A DNA stretch of 64,000 bases from an uncultured Planctomycetota bacterium (GCA_963823665.1 CAWGMQ010000010.1:2400001-2464000); one strand, 5' to 3'; shown: positions 1 to 12,786, counted from the stretch's first letter. The notes: generated by a model from the sequence alone, not told the origin. Numbers and translations are program-made.

Positions 1-267
1 TCACGCTCCGACCCGTTCCTTCACTTCCAGGCCGACCTGCTCAACCTCCCGGTCCACCGCAGCCCCCAGACCGAGTCGACCGCCCTGGGCGCCGCCCTGC
101 TCGCGGGGCTTGGCGCAGGCTTGTGGAAGAGCCCGAGCGACGCGATCGCACTCCTCCAGGCCGGCGATCAAACCTTCCACCCCCGCCGCGACCAGGCCTG
201 GCGAGACCATGCGCAAAAACGGTGGCGAAAGGCAGTCCAGAGCACACTGAACTACGCGCACCAGTGA
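1..267 (+). CDS. glpK: Glycerol kinase, C-terminal part (runs off window start)
   Basis: Frame 1 reads FLHFQADLLNLPVHRSPQTESTALGAALLAGLGAGLW...RWRKAV, a typical FGGY/GlpK C-terminus; TGA at 265-267. Absent from the ORF track because its start is outside the window. Confidence 0.8.
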   Translation, partial: SRSDPFLHFQADLLNLPVHRSPQTESTALGAALLAGLGAGLWKSPSDAIALLQAGDQTFHPRRDQAWRDHAQKRWRKAVQSTLNYAHQ

Positions 268-274
268 AACTCAC

Positions 275-1339
275 TCAAGGGTGAGAAGGTGGCGCCGGCT
301 CAAACTTCCCGGCGCGTTCGTAGTATTTCTTCGGCGTCTTGCTGTCCAAATACGCTCGCACTGCCTCAAAGTACGAGTGGGCCGTTGTGACATCGTGACA
401 ATAGAGGCGGATCATCGCCCGGACACACGCGGTATGTTCGCTAATGCCATCCGCCAGACGTCGTATATCATCTTGTGCGTACTTCACTCGCTCCGGATCC
501 TGCGATTTGATGTCATTGAGAGATTTTTCAAGTTCTCGCAACTTTTCAGCCTGGCCCCACAGTAGCTCCTCGCGCTCGTTTAGACCAAAGAAAGCAATGA
601 TCACGCGTGCTCGCTTGTTGCGGTGCGCATCTCTCCTGTCCTTTGCTGTGAGCAGCGGGTCGAGCGCCGGTGGAAGCGCTGCCAGCCCCCGATACCGAAT
701 AACCTCTTCGGGGTCGTCATCGATCGTGCCCAACGGGTAAATCAAATAGGGCTTCTCCGCCCGCGTTAAGCCCCGTGAAGGAACATCCGCCGGATTGCAT
801 CGCGGCCCCGCGACGGGAAAATAGTTGCTCTTGAACCCCGTGTTGCACTTCTTGCAGGCCGTGCAGTAATTCAGCAAGTGGAACGCGAGCCAGTAATAGC
901 CCGAGTCGAATGCCTCGCCGGTTTCGAAATCGATTTCCGCGGGCGATGGCCAGGCCTTCACGGGATTCTTTGTCCGGAAGTGTTCCAGATCATGCTCCGC
1001 TGCGCCACCATCGCCCAGTGCCGCGAGTTTCCGCTCACAGTAGGCACACTTCTCGTTTTGTATTGCCATGAATAGGTGCTTGACCGATGCCCAATCCACG
1101 GCGATCGGTTTGGGAACAGGTGCCCTCTCCGCAGCCTTTATCTTTCGCCACTTCTCCAGGTCGATGTACGCCTTGGCCGCGAGGAGTTGCGCGGTCCGCT
1201 CATCAGCTTTCGTCAGCCAGTTTTTGAGCCCTTGGCGGATCCTGGCGTCGACGTGTCCGGTGGCATCAGCCTCCACGGCAGCGCGTAACGACTCGATCGT
1301 GATCGCAGAACCGTCGGGCAGCGTCGCATAACGGATCAT
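275..1339 (-). CDS. HNH endonuclease (PtuB/TIGR02646-like)
   Basis: KCAYCE...HDLEHFRTK...NYCTACKKCN zinc-binding HNH motifs; directly downstream of an ABC-type ATPase. Confidence 0.8.
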   Translation of the reverse strand: MIRYATLPDGSAITIESLRAAVEADATGHVDARIRQGLKNWLTKADERTAQLLAAKAYIDLEKWRKIKAAERAPVPKPIAVDWASVKHLFMAIQNEKCAYCERKLAALGDGGAAEHDLEHFRTKNPVKAWPSPAEIDFETGEAFDSGYYWLAFHLLNYCTACKKCNTGFKSNYFPVAGPRCNPADVPSRGLTRAEKPYLIYPLGTIDDDPEEVIRYRGLAALPPALDPLLTAKDRRDAHRNKRARVIIAFFGLNEREELLWGQAEKLRELEKSLNDIKSQDPERVKYAQDDIRRLADGISEHTACVRAMIRLYCHDVTTAHSYFEAVRAYLDSKTPKKYYERAGKFEPAPPSHP

Positions 1340-1345
1340 CTGTCT

Positions 1346-2693
1346 CTACTTCTTCGAGCCCCCTTGGCCCGCCAGTTCCTTGAGGAACGCCAGCGCAGGC
1401 TCGGTGTCGCCTTGGTCGATTGGGCCCTCAAGCAATGCCTGAAGCTGTCGTTCCGATTCGTCGGTCCTCGGCTTGGTGTAATTGAAGTAAGGGCTGCTCA
1501 ATATCTGGTCGACGCTCAAACCGTGCAGCCTCTCCGAAAACTCGTGCACCTGATGCTTGCCGATCACGCGGACGTTCGCCGCGTGTACCGTCCCAGCCAC
1601 GAGCGGGCTGTGGGTGGTCAGGATGAATTGCAGCTTCGGAAACGCACGCGCCAGCCGCGGCACAACCACTCGCTGCCACTGCGGATGCAGGTGAAGGTCA
1701 ATATCGTCGACCATGACCACACCCGTGAGATCGGTCAATGCTCGTCCCCGGGGACTGCAATCGTTGAGTTGGCACAACATATCCCCGATTAGACCGACAT
1801 ACGACCGGTAGCCGTCGGATAGGGCGGGGAAAGGTAGCGCGATTCCGTCCTGCGTGAAAATCGCATGCCGGGCTCTGTCAAACCGGCCGGTGAACCGCGT
1901 GCCAGGTGGCAGTGTCCGGTTGAGCAACAGCGTGATCTCCCTGTATCGGTCCGCTCGCTTCAACTGCGGAAGCCATGCCGAAAGGGATACCAGCGTCATG
2001 CCCTCTTCAAACAGTCCAGCAACGCGGAGGTAGCGGCGGCCACGGCCTTTGTCCGTCCTCCCGACCGCTGCTCGCCCGGGCTCCTCGACTCGTCGGTTCG
2101 CCGCGTATCCAATCAGGAAAAAGCTTGGCGAGAAGTCCTTGTAATACTCGTTCAGCGCCGCGTGAAGTTGCGACCTAGACGCATGTTCTGTTCGAGAATT
2201 GTACACATAAGGGCAAACGCCTGCGCGGGTTCTCAGCCAAAGACAGCGCGGCGTGATCGGATTCGTCTCGATTTCCAGCGAGCGTCTTTACCTCGAGTAC
2301 GTCGTAATCATTCCTCCTTGTGACTTCAACAATGTTCGCGAGGCGGTCTGGCCCGGCGCGCGCGGCCTCACGGGGTGCGATCGCGGCAGTCTCGTGGTCG
2401 TCGAGAACACCGTCGACGCAAACCCGGCCAATCCGGACTTGGTGCAAACCCGTTTTCGGGATACGTACGAGGTAGTAGGGTCGATAGCCAGATTCCTTCA
2501 GAATCGGTGCGAGCACCCCTAGCGCGACCGCCCGAAGAATAGTCGTTTTTCCCGAGCCATTGATTCCAACCATGAGCGTTACGTTGGGCAGCGCGCCATT
2601 CAAGGTCTCCAAGGGTGCGCCAGCATGAACAAATGACGTGACGGCACGCCGAAAGCAACGAAAATCGTGCACATTTACAGAACTGATATACAT
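1346..2693 (-). CDS. AAA_21/ABC-type ATPase (PtuA-like), frameshifted near 2200-2240
   Basis: N-part MYISSVNVHDFRCF with Walker A GINGSGKTT (ORF 2175..2840); C-part LSDGY, VVMVDDIDLHLHPQWQ and QFILTTHSP (ORF 1346..2206). Confidence 0.8.
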
Positions 2694-2836
2694 CGGCCCG
2701 CCCAAAACCAGCCGCCGCACCCAGTCCGTCGACCGAGGTGAAATAAAGGCTGTATTCACACACGCGACTCGAGACTTGGCACATCGCCCCTGCGGACCAA
2801 ACGCATCACGAACTTCGCCGGCTTCAACCTTGCCGC

Positions 2837-5519
2837 TCACTTATCCCTGCTGATCGTCCCCCCACCCTCAAGCGCCGCCTGAGCCGCCGCCAGCCGCGCA
2901 ATCGGCACCCGGAACGGCGAACACGAGACGTAGTCCATCCCCACCTTGTGGCAAAACGCCACGCTGTCCGGGTCGCCCCCGTGCTCGCCGCAGATGCCAA
3001 TCTTCAGGTGCTCGCCGTGCTTCTCCAGCCGCGCCTTCCGGCCCCGCTCCACCCCGATCTCGATCAACTGCCCCACTCCGCGCCACGTCAATCGTCTGGA
3101 ACGGATCGATCGGCAGGATCTTCAGATCCACGTATTCCTGCATGAATGATCCAATGTCATCGCGCGAGAATCCGAAGGTCATCTGCGTCAGGTCATTCGT
3201 GCCGAACGAAAAGAACTCCGCTTCAACCGCGATCTGGTCGGCCGTCAAGGCCGCCCGCGGAATCTCGATCATCGTCCCCACCGAATAGTCGATCTTTACT
3301 CCCGCTGCTTTCGTCAGTGCCTCGGCGATCGCCACGGTCCGCTTCTTCAGGAACGAAAGCTCCTCGACCGTGGCGATCAAGGGAATCATGATCTCCGGCA
3401 GCACCGTCTTGCCCTCCTTCTGGACGTGGATCGCCGCTTCGATGATCGCCCGCACCTGCATGTCGCCGATTTCGGGAAACTTGATCGGCAGCCGGCACCC
3501 GCGCAGCCCCAGCATCGGGTTCTGCTCGTGGAGCTGTACCACGCGCCGGCGAACCTTCTCAACCGGCACGCCAAGCTGCCGCGCAACCTCCGCTTGCCCG
3601 GCCAGATTGTCGTCCTGCGGCAGGAACTCGTGCAGCGGCGGGTCGAGCAATCGGATCGTCACCGGCAACCCGTCCATCGCTTCAAAGATGCCGATGAAGT
3701 CCCGCTTCTGGAACGGCTCGAGCTCTGCCAGCGCCGCCTTCCGGCCTGCTTCATCGTCAGAGAGGATCATCTTCCGCATGGCGACGATCCGCTCGTCGCC
3801 GAAGAACATGTGCTCGGTGCGGCACAATCCGATTCCCTCGGCCCCGAACGAGCGCGCACGCACCGAATCCTCCGGCGTGTCGCAGTTGGTCCTCACCTTC
3901 AGCGTTCGCACCTTGTCCGCCCACGACATCAAGGTCGCGAAGTAGCCGGAAATCGTCGGATCAACCGTCGGCACTTGCCCGATCATCACGTCCCCGGTCG
4001 TCCCGTCGATCGTGATGTAATCCCCCTCCTTCACGGTCGTGCCGTTCACCGAGATCTTACCGCCGGCTTCATCGATCTCGAGCGTGCTGCAGCCCACGAC
4101 GCAAGGCTTCCCCCAGCCGCGGGCCACCACCGCCGCGTGCGAAGCCTTGCCGCCGGTCGCCGTCAGGATCCCCTGTGCCACGTGCATCCCGGCCACGTCC
4201 TCCGGGCTCGTCTCCTTACGCACCAGAAGCATCGGGTCCTTGGGATGCGCCACGTGGTGCTCGACGGCATCCGCAGCCGAGAGCACCACCTTTCCACACG
4301 CGGCTCCCGGGCTCGCCGCGATGCCCCTGGCGGTCGCTTTTCGCTTCGCCTTCGGGTCGAGCTGCGGCAACAGAAGGTGATTCAGACTGTCCGCATTCAC
4401 CCGCTTGATCGCCGTCGTCTCGTCGATCAGCCCTTCCTTCACCATCTCCACGGCCGTCCGCACCGCGGCCGTCCCGGTCCGCTTCCCCGTGCGCGTCTGC
4501 AACATGTACAGCGTGCCGTCCTGCACCGTGAACTCGATGTCCTGCATCTCCTTGTAGTGAGTCTCAAGCTTCGACCGGATGCCCAGAAGCTGGTCGTATA
4601 CCTTGGGCATCTGCTCCTTGAGCTGGCTGATCGGTTCCGGAGTCCGGATCCCCGCCACCACGTCCTCTCCCTGGGCGTTGATCAGATAATCTCCAAAGAA
4701 CTCGTTCTCGCCCGTGTTGGGGTCACGGGTGAATGCAACCCCCGTCCCGGAATTCGTGCCGGTATTGCCGAAGACCATCGCCTGCACATTCACCGCCGTG
4801 CCCTTGAGCGTCGTGATCCGCTCGATCCGGCGATACTCCACTGCCTTCTTGCCCATCCAGCTATTGAAGACCGCCATGATCGACTTCCAGAGCTGATCGA
4901 TCGGGTCTTGCGGAAACGACTGACCGACGTGCTTTTCGTACACCCGCTTGTAGCGGCCGACCAGGTCCTTCAGGTCCTCAGCCGAGAGGTCGGTGTCCAG
5001 CTTCACCCCGCGCTCTTCCTTCTTGGTCGCCAGCTCATGCTCGAACGCCTCGTGTTCGACCCCCATCGCGGTCGACCCGAACATGTCGATCACGCGCCGG
5101 TAGCCGTCATAAGCAAATCGCGGATTACTCGTCTTCCGCGCCAGGCCCTCGACCGTCGCGTCATTGAGCCCAAGATTCAAAATTGTGTTCATCATTCCGG
5201 GCATCGACAGCGCGGCCCCGGATCGCACGCTCACCAGCAGCGGATCGGCCACGTTCCCGAACCTCTTGCCGGCGAGACCCTCCATCCTCGCAAGCGCTGC
5301 CTCGACTTGGGGCTTGACCGCTTCCGGCAGCTTGCGCCCGCGGTCGTAATAGTCGGCGCAGACGTCGGTGGTGATCGTGAAGCCGGGAGGGACCGGAATG
5401 CCGATCAAGCTCATTTCGGCCAGGTTGGCTCCCTTGCCTCCCAAGAGTCCCTTCATGTCGGCGCGGCCTTCGGCGGTGCCTCCACCGAACGAGTAAACGT
5501 ATCTGGGTGCCTCGGCCAT
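2837..5519 (-). CDS. ppdK: Pyruvate, phosphate dikinase; frameshift near 3085
   Basis: [12 protein letters not shown], phospho-His motif [34 protein letters not shown]; the true C-terminus [10 protein letters not shown]...[18 protein letters not shown] is in ORF 2837..3091. Confidence 0.95.
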
Positions 5520-5701
5520 GGGTTCTCGCGGCTCCACGATGTGTCGATAGTCAAGTTGCTTGGGTAGGATAACGCGCGGAAGCTGATCCGCGCGGCTGCG
5601 CAGCGGCGATCAGTGTTTCTGCAACGCCGTTCGTATCCGAACGTTATCGTTTCAAGCTCGCGCAGTCAAGAATTGACATGCCGCCCAATCGAGCAGCCCC
5701 C

Positions 5702-6616
5702 TCATTCCTCGGGAATTCCCAGCGACCGGTCGGCTCCGACCAGCAGCCGGCTGTCGGGGTTGCGCGAGATCCATGTACCCCACGTGACCGGCGACGGAAT
5801 CGCCACGCGCATCAACCGCTTCCGGTAGAGTTTGCCCGCCATCGCCGTCAGCCCATCGTGCATCTCGATCCAGAGGCTCTCGGTACCACGGTCGAACAGA
5901 ACCGGCCTCCCATCCTGGAAATATCCGGTCGGCGCCAGGGTGATCCGGCGCCCATCGAGCATCGAATCATAGACCGAAAAGGCCACGACCTGCTTGGCGA
6001 ACGGATTCAGGACAACCAGATACGGATGTTCAGAGACGATATCGTTGATGACGATCACTTTTCCCAGCACGGCCACCGGATAGACGCAGACGCGGTTCTC
6101 GATCTTGGTGCCGACGACGGGTGTCTCCGATGGCATCCGCCCGAAAATCTTGCCGCCCCTCGTCTCGGCCACAGGAAAATCAATCGCCTGCGAAATGAAT
6201 TGACTCTCGGGATGCCGAAGACGGGAAGGGTCAACCTCACCGGACGCAAATCGGAACCAGCGATGTCCCGTGTTCCTCTCCCAGCCGAACCACAGATACG
6301 ACTGATCGCCCTCCACCCGGAACCACTCCTTCGGCCCTTCAGCGAAGCTCGCGATCGGCGCGATGTTCACAAACCCGATGACTCCGTGCTGTTCCTGCGT
6401 GAATAGCTCGTCCTGGAGCTCCTTCCACTCCTCCCACAACTGGCCGGCCTGTGCCAACACGAACACGAAGAGCACAATGACCGACGGCACCGTCACCGCT
6501 CGGATCAATATCTTGTTGAATCGACTCCGGCCCGGATCCTGTGGTCCTTGCGACTCAACCGGGAGCCCTGACTCAGGCGAACTCATCGATGCCCTTCCTT
6601 CCCAGCGAGTTGTCAT
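5702..6616 (-). CDS. Membrane-anchored DUF3179-like protein
   Basis: One TM segment, then YPVAVL..VIVIND and VLFDRGTESLW...TWGTW..RNPDSRLL resembling DUF3179. Confidence 0.55.
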   Translation of the reverse strand: MTTRWEGRASMSSPESGLPVESQGPQDPGRSRFNKILIRAVTVPSVIVLFVFVLAQAGQLWEEWKELQDELFTQEQHGVIGFVNIAPIASFAEGPKEWFRVEGDQSYLWFGWERNTGHRWFRFASGEVDPSRLRHPESQFISQAIDFPVAETRGGKIFGRMPSETPVVGTKIENRVCVYPVAVLGKVIVINDIVSEHPYLVVLNPFAKQVVAFSVYDSMLDGRRITLAPTGYFQDGRPVLFDRGTESLWIEMHDGLTAMAGKLYRKRLMRVAIPSPVTWGTWISRNPDSRLLVGADRSLGIPEE

Positions 6617-8773
6617 TCGCGAAAGACCCGTGGACGGAAGCGTTTCTTACTTATCTCAAGCGACAAGCCCGCCGTCAACGGCCCAGCCCTCCACCGAGGA
6701 GGTATTGCCGACCGTCGACGCGCTCCCGCCACTCTGGCTCAATGTCGCGACACCCCGTCATCCGCGACAACTGTATTCCTCCCCGCGGCGTGGGGGATGT
6801 GCCGGCTCAGCCGGCGGTGGGGGGCGTGCAGGCGAACGGCAGCAAAGCCCTGACAGCGACGCCTTACCGGCCACACCCGCACCGATCACGGACCTTTCCC
6901 TACTGATATTATGTGCGGGTTTTCGAAAATTGGCCATTTCTCAATCGCATTTTCGATTCGCGTGAAAAGCGCAAGTTCAATAGCGATAGATAATTAACTG
7001 CTGAGGAATCTCATTCTGATGTGCCGGTTCAACACGCTTTGAAAAGTGCCATCCCGGCGGCATCGAAATCCCAATCCCAATCTTAATCTTAATCTCAGCC
7101 GCCGCGGCTCGCCGACAGACCTCCGAGGGGGTCCAGAACATAGTGAACAAACTAAGCGATTCAGAGTGGCGGTCTTGACCTGACGAGCGCCACGAGGTGT
7201 TTTTGATCGCCAGGCCGCATCGGGATCATAGCCTATCATCTTATCTCCACTTGATTTGTGGAGAAACGGAGCCCGCGACTTAGGGCCACTGATAAGTGGC
7301 GGATTGTGGCGCAAAGTGGCGCGTTTACGAGGGGTCTCCAGCATTTGTACATCAGTGAAAATCGCCCGCTTTCAAAAGCTGCCGATGCCCGCCAGCCGTC
7401 CGCTATTGAACACTGCTCGGTGATGCTTCCCCGGGCTGGCGTGTAAGGCCGCAACAATACAGCCGAGGGCAACGCCCTGGGGCCTGCCTTCGCATCTTTC
7501 AAATAAGTAGAAGCAAATGATAATAAATGGTAAGGAATGGTAATCCTGACGCAAAAAAAGTCCCATTTTGCTTGCAGTTGAGAGCCCCCCACAATGCCTG
7601 GCCGGAACATCGTGGAGCAGCACGGAAATGCTGAGAGGCAAGGAAGATAACGCCACCAGTCTCGCTCCATGATCCCTCGGATGAGACGATGAAAACTCAT
7701 CCTGTCCGTGGTCCGAAAGTGTCCGCGCTCGGCACAGCTCAGAATTCGGGAAGATTTCGTCGCGCACCGATCCCCCTCTCCGGGCGCAGCTCGGCCCCGT
7801 TTTTCCCACGGCACAGGCTTGATCAGGCCGAGCTGAGATCGTCGAGCACGCGATCGAGCAAACGAAAAAGTCATTCCCAGTTCCGGAGATATGGTTGGTG
7901 CCTCGCGCCGACTCCAGTGTGGGCGATCGAGATTGAGCTATATATATTATGGTCCCACTTTCGCGATTTGGCCGTTTCGTCGACCAGAAATCATGGGATT
8001 TTTTTTCGGGTCGCAACGGATGCAACGACCAACTCGATCGAAACCGCAGATCTGCACGCCGCGTCCAAAAAACGGGAAAAACACCCGGCGCGATTCCCGC
8101 ATGAAGGGTCGCCGTTCACTCCGCCGTCCCCCGCGCTTCCGCTCGATTCCCACCGGTCGCCCAGCGAATCGCGTAAGATCTCCACCAAAGCCTGGGACCC
8201 GCCCGGCTGGACTGGCCCGCTTCCGGCGTGATCGAGGCCGGCCAGCGTCGTTTCCGGCCAGCGACCTGTCCTTCGCCGGTGCGGCAAGCGACGAAGTAGT
8301 GCCGTACCTATCGAGCGGTTCGCAACGACCGGCGTGTGCAAGCGCCGGCGACGCACCCAAGCGCACCCAGTTGCTGACTGTGCGTGGCACAGCGATGTGC
8401 GCGACGTCGGCCGCAAGGCTCGCGGCAATCGCGGGACGCGAACCAGTGCGGGTCAGGTGTGCCTGGCTTCCCTTCGGAACCTGCTCCAGAGATTGGGCGT
8501 TCGGCGCCCCTTCTGCTTTCCCGGTGTCCGCGGTTGGTGGGTGTCTGGGTTCCTCGCGTCGCCCCCCGTTGGAACACGTACGCTCGCTCACCGTCGACGC
8601 CGGGCGAGCCGTGCTTTCCTACCCAGCCGGGCACCGTCCAGCGCGATTCACGCACGCGGCCTCGCTTCTTCCGGTGCGCCACACCGGCCCGGTACACTGT
8701 GACACGTCGGACGCAAAATCCCCCGACTGAGCCTTGCCTCAGATTCCGATACTTCTCGCCCCGGCGGTGCCCC

Positions 8774-9709
8774 GTGGTGCAGCAGCCAATCGAGCAAAAG
8801 TTCAATCGGGCGCTTCAATCGCTCCTCGAGCAGATCAAAGGCGATCGCTCCGTCCTGGCCGCCATCCTGTGTGGCAGTCTGTCGCACGACAAGGTCTGGG
8901 CGAAATCCGACATCGATCTCGTGCTCGTGACCATCGACGACAAGAAGGTTCAATCGGGCGATTTAGCACTGAACGCAGACGGTGTTAATGTCCACGCAGT
9001 CCTCCTGCCCCGCGCGGAATTCCGCAAAACGGCCAACGCATCAATCCGAAACTCGTTCATGCACTCGTTCCTGGCCAAGGGCCGACTGCTGTACACTCAC
9101 GACGAGACGATTGCCGATCTCTACGCCCGGATGCACGAGATCGGCCAGCGCGACACCATGGTCCAGCTCCTCCGCGCAGGAATTCACGCCCTCGGGCCAA
9201 TCTACAAAGCACACAAATGGTTCATCACCCGCGGCGACTTGAATTACACGGCCCTCTGGCTCCTCACCGCCGCAATCCCGCTAGCCCAGATCGAAATCAT
9301 CGGCCGCAAGCTGCTCGCCGACCGCGAAGTGCTCCTCCAGGCCATCGAGCTCAACCCTGCTTTCTTCAAGACCGTCTACGTCGACCTGCTTAACACCAAG
9401 AAAACGCGCAAGAACGTCCAGGCCGCCCTCGATGCGGCTGACCACTACCTCGCCGAACGCGCTCCCACGCTTTTCGCGCCCGTGATCGATCACCTCCGCG
9501 ACGTTGGCGAGATGCGATCGTGCACCGAGATCGAAGACCACTTCAAGCGGAACTTCGATGTCGGCGGCGTTTCCCTCGCATGTGAATACCTGGCAGACCA
9601 GCGCATGATCGGCAAGGCATCTTCACCCGTTCAGCTCACGCGAAGAAGCGACATCCAGGTGCAGGAGCTGGCGTTCTTCTACCTCGAGGATCAACCGGAT
9701 GGCTTCTAA
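8774..9709 (+). CDS. Nucleotidyltransferase-domain protein
   Basis: [18 protein letters not shown] is a Pol-beta family GS...DxD motif; start estimated at GTG 8774/8777 within ORF 8384..9709. Confidence 0.7.
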   Translation: MVQQPIEQKFNRALQSLLEQIKGDRSVLAAILCGSLSHDKVWAKSDIDLVLVTIDDKKVQSGDLALNADGVNVHAVLLPRAEFRKTANASIRNSFMHSFLAKGRLLYTHDETIADLYARMHEIGQRDTMVQLLRAGIHALGPIYKAHKWFITRGDLNYTALWLLTAAIPLAQIEIIGRKLLADREVLLQAIELNPAFFKTVYVDLLNTKKTRKNVQAALDAADHYLAERAPTLFAPVIDHLRDVGEMRSCTEIEDHFKRNFDVGGVSLACEYLADQRMIGKASSPVQLTRRSDIQVQELAFFYLEDQPDGF

Positions 9710-9808
9710 AAGGCGGCTAGCGACTTCGGGAGCGCGAGCGCCCGCCGAGCCGCACCGGCGCTCGCTTCGCCACGCGACGCCCTGTCCCACAATCGCGAAA
9801 ACACATCC

Positions 9809-11910
9809 ATGTCAGTCGCACGGCAAACGCACTCCGCCAGCAAAGCCGAGCCGCGCACAACCATCGCCGTCCAGGCGCGCGCGTGCACAACCTCAAGAAC
9901 ATCACGGTCGAAATCCCCCGCGACAAGCTCATCGTGGTCACCGGGCTCTCGGGCTCGGGCAAGTCGAGCCTGGCGTTCGACACCATTTACGCCGAGGGCC
10001 AGCGTCGCTACATGGAGTCGCTCTCCAGCTTCGCCAAACGGTTCATCGCCCAGGTTTCCAAGCCCGACGTCGACTTTGTCTTCGGCCTCTCCCCGGTGAT
10101 CTCCATTACGGCATCGAAACCAAGGTCACCCTCATCGCGCCGCCGGAAGCAAAGGGAGCTCGCGATGAGTGGGAAGGCAAGGAGGTCGGCTTCGGCGGAA
10201 TCGCCCGCCGGATCGAGCGGCGCTATCGCCGCTACCGCCAGAAGGGCGAGGCAAACTCTGGCATGGAAGCCTGGCTCGACAGCGTGATGTTCGAGCACAC
10301 CTGCCCCGACTGCCGCGGTGCCAGGCTTCGCTCGACGCGGATGTGTTTCACCATTGGGGGCAAGACGATCCACGAATTGGGCCAGCTCAATTTCGATGAG
10401 CTTCACACGTTTCTCGGCACCGTCAAGCCCACAGGCCGCGGTGCCGACGCCGGCCGCCAGGTGCAGAAGGAAATCCGCGGCCGTCTCGAGCTGCTCCTCG
10501 GCATCGGCCTCGACTACCTGAACTTGAACCGGCGCTCGGGCACCCTCTCCGGCGGCGAGTCGCAGCGCATCCGTCTCTCCACGCAGATCGGTTCCGGCTT
10601 GATGGGCATGCTCTACGTGCTCGATGAGCCGAGCATCGGATTGCACCCCAAAGACAACGTGAAAATGATTGCGACGCTCGAGAGCCTGCGCGACATCGGG
10701 AACACGGTGATTGTCGTCGAGCATGATGAAGACACCATCCGCGCCGCCGACCACCTGGTGGAGATGGGCCCCGACCCAGGCGTTCACGGAGGCACCGTGG
10801 TTGTGCAAGGCACAATGGATGACGTGCTCGCCTGCAAGGCCTCGCCCACCGGGCAGTTTCTCTCCGGCAAACGATCGATTGCCACACCCACGAAGCGACG
10901 AGCAGGCAGCGGCAAGGCGCTTGTCGTCCGCGGAGCGCGTGAGAACAATCTGAAATCGATCGACGTCGCGTTCCCGCTGGGCAAGCTCGTGGCGATCACC
11001 GGTGCTTCCGGCTCCGGCAAGAGCACGCTGGTGAGCGACGTGCTCTACAAAGCGCTCTGGAAACGGCTGATTGATACGCGCACGCTGCCCGGCGAGCACG
11101 ACAGTGTGGAAGGTCTCGAATATGTGCAAAAAGTGGTGAACATCGATCAATCACCGATCGGACGCAACAGCCGGTCCAACCCCGCGACGTACGTGGGCTT
11201 CTACGACGCGATCCGCGACTTGTTCACCCAGAGCCCGCTCTCGATCGAGCGCGGCTACAAGCCCGGCCGGTTCAGCTTCAACGTCAAGGGCGGCCGGTGT
11301 GAGGAATGCCAGGGCGAAGGTGTGATCGCCACGCAGCTTTATTTCATGCCCGACGTCGAAGTAACCTGCGCCGCCTGCAAGGGCGCGCTTCAATGCCGAG
11401 ACGCTTGAAGTAACGCTGCGCGGCAAGACAATCGATGACGTGCTGAACATGTCCATCGAGGAGGGCGCGGTCTTCTTCGGCGATGAGCCAGCCGTGGGTA
11501 AGAAGATCGAGGTCCTGAATGACCTGGGTCTTGGTTACCTGACGCTCGGCCAGTCGGCAACGACGCTTTCCGGCGGCGAGGCACAACGGATCAAGGTGGC
11601 GACCGAGTTGAGCAAGGTCCAGCGCTCCAAGCACACCGTCTACATCCTCGATGAGCCGACAACCGGCCTGCATTTGGCCGATGTGGAGCGCCTGCTCGAA
11701 TCACTCAATCGCCTGGTCGACGCCGGCCACACCGTGCTCCTGATCGAGCACCACATGGATGTGATCAAGACAGCCGACCACGTGATCGATCTGGGCCCCG
11801 AAGGCGGCCACGCCGGCGGGAGGGTCGTGGTGACCGGCACGCCGGAGCAAGTCGCCGCCTGCAAGGAATCGCACACCGGGTCGTTCTTGAAGTCACATCT
11901 TCGTGGATAG
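9809..11910 (+). CDS. uvrA: UvrA-like excinuclease ATPase, frameshifted (~9875, ~10107, ~11385) and apparently internally deleted
   Basis: [65 protein letters not shown] and [10 protein letters not shown] spread over four ORF pieces. Confidence 0.8.
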
Positions 11911-12132
11911 CGGACGCGCGAGCCGGCCATGCAACCCTCAATCTCAGATTCTACTCATTTTCTGCGTTGAAGGCAGGTTGGATGGGAAGCGAAGACAGCG
12001 TAATGGAGAAGTGTGAGCCGCCTATTTCCATCGCAGCCCATCAACAAAAGTGATCTCTTATGAAAGCGCAGTCGTATCATTCGCTCCAACCCATTTGTGG
12101 CGTCTCTCCGCCGGCCGTGCTACGTTCTCGAC

Positions 12133-12690
12133 ATGAATCCCCGGGCCATGTTCTCACGCATTTTGACGGCCGCCCAAGCTTTGACCGGCCGTTTTCGGCC
12201 CGCAATGACCGGCACGCCTCCATCGGCCCGGCAGATTCCCGCCCACCCGGAACTGCATGCACTCGACTTTGCCAAACGTTACGCCGAACCGTTGGATTAT
12301 CATGCTGCCCAAACCATGATCGACTTGGGCATCCCGCGCGACCTGATCGCGCAGGCGCACCTTTACACCACATACGACATGCGACTTTTCATTGGCGTGA
12401 GCGCACAGGCAGCGGAGTGTCGCCAGAAGGACGATTGACGCTCGACAGCGGGATAATGAACTTGATTTACTGAACACAGATTACGGCGATGATGTCGCAA
12501 CAATATGGAGGAAGCTTCGCCTGAAGGCCCGCATGAAAGCGATCACCGCGCATGAACTGGCGGAGTATGAATCCGGAAGCCATGTTGAAGCGCTCGAGGC
12601 CGCTGCCAGGACCCGGTTGCCAATCAGCGCGGAAGCGCGGGAATTGCTGCGAGCGATGGTGAAGGGATGGAAATGGAGGTCGGCTCCTTA
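12133..12690 (+). CDS. Hypothetical protein, frameshifted
   Basis: Coding-like LDFAKRYAEPLDYHAAQTMIDLGIP, continuing in other frames to ARMKAITAHELAEYESGSHVEAL...KGWKWRSAP*. Confidence 0.4.
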
Positions 12691-12786
12691 ACCAGGAATC
12701 GACCCAGCTAATCCCATCGAATCGAACACGGCGCTCAGAGCCGGAGCCGACCGCTTACGACGATGTCACCCACAATCACATAGAGA

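Noticed and set aside
2694..2836. Retron msr-msd upstream of the ATPase/HNH pair
   Set aside because: No reverse transcriptase in the window and no convincing flanking inverted repeats.
3426..5567. 713-aa plus-strand ORF and similar long antisense ORFs (e.g. 10008..11150, 52505..53896)
   Set aside because: Shadow ORFs opposite well-supported genes in GC-rich DNA.
7230..7320. Replication origin (DnaA-box-like TTCTCCACA)
   Set aside because: Only one or two imperfect boxes, and no dnaA/dnaN/par context.
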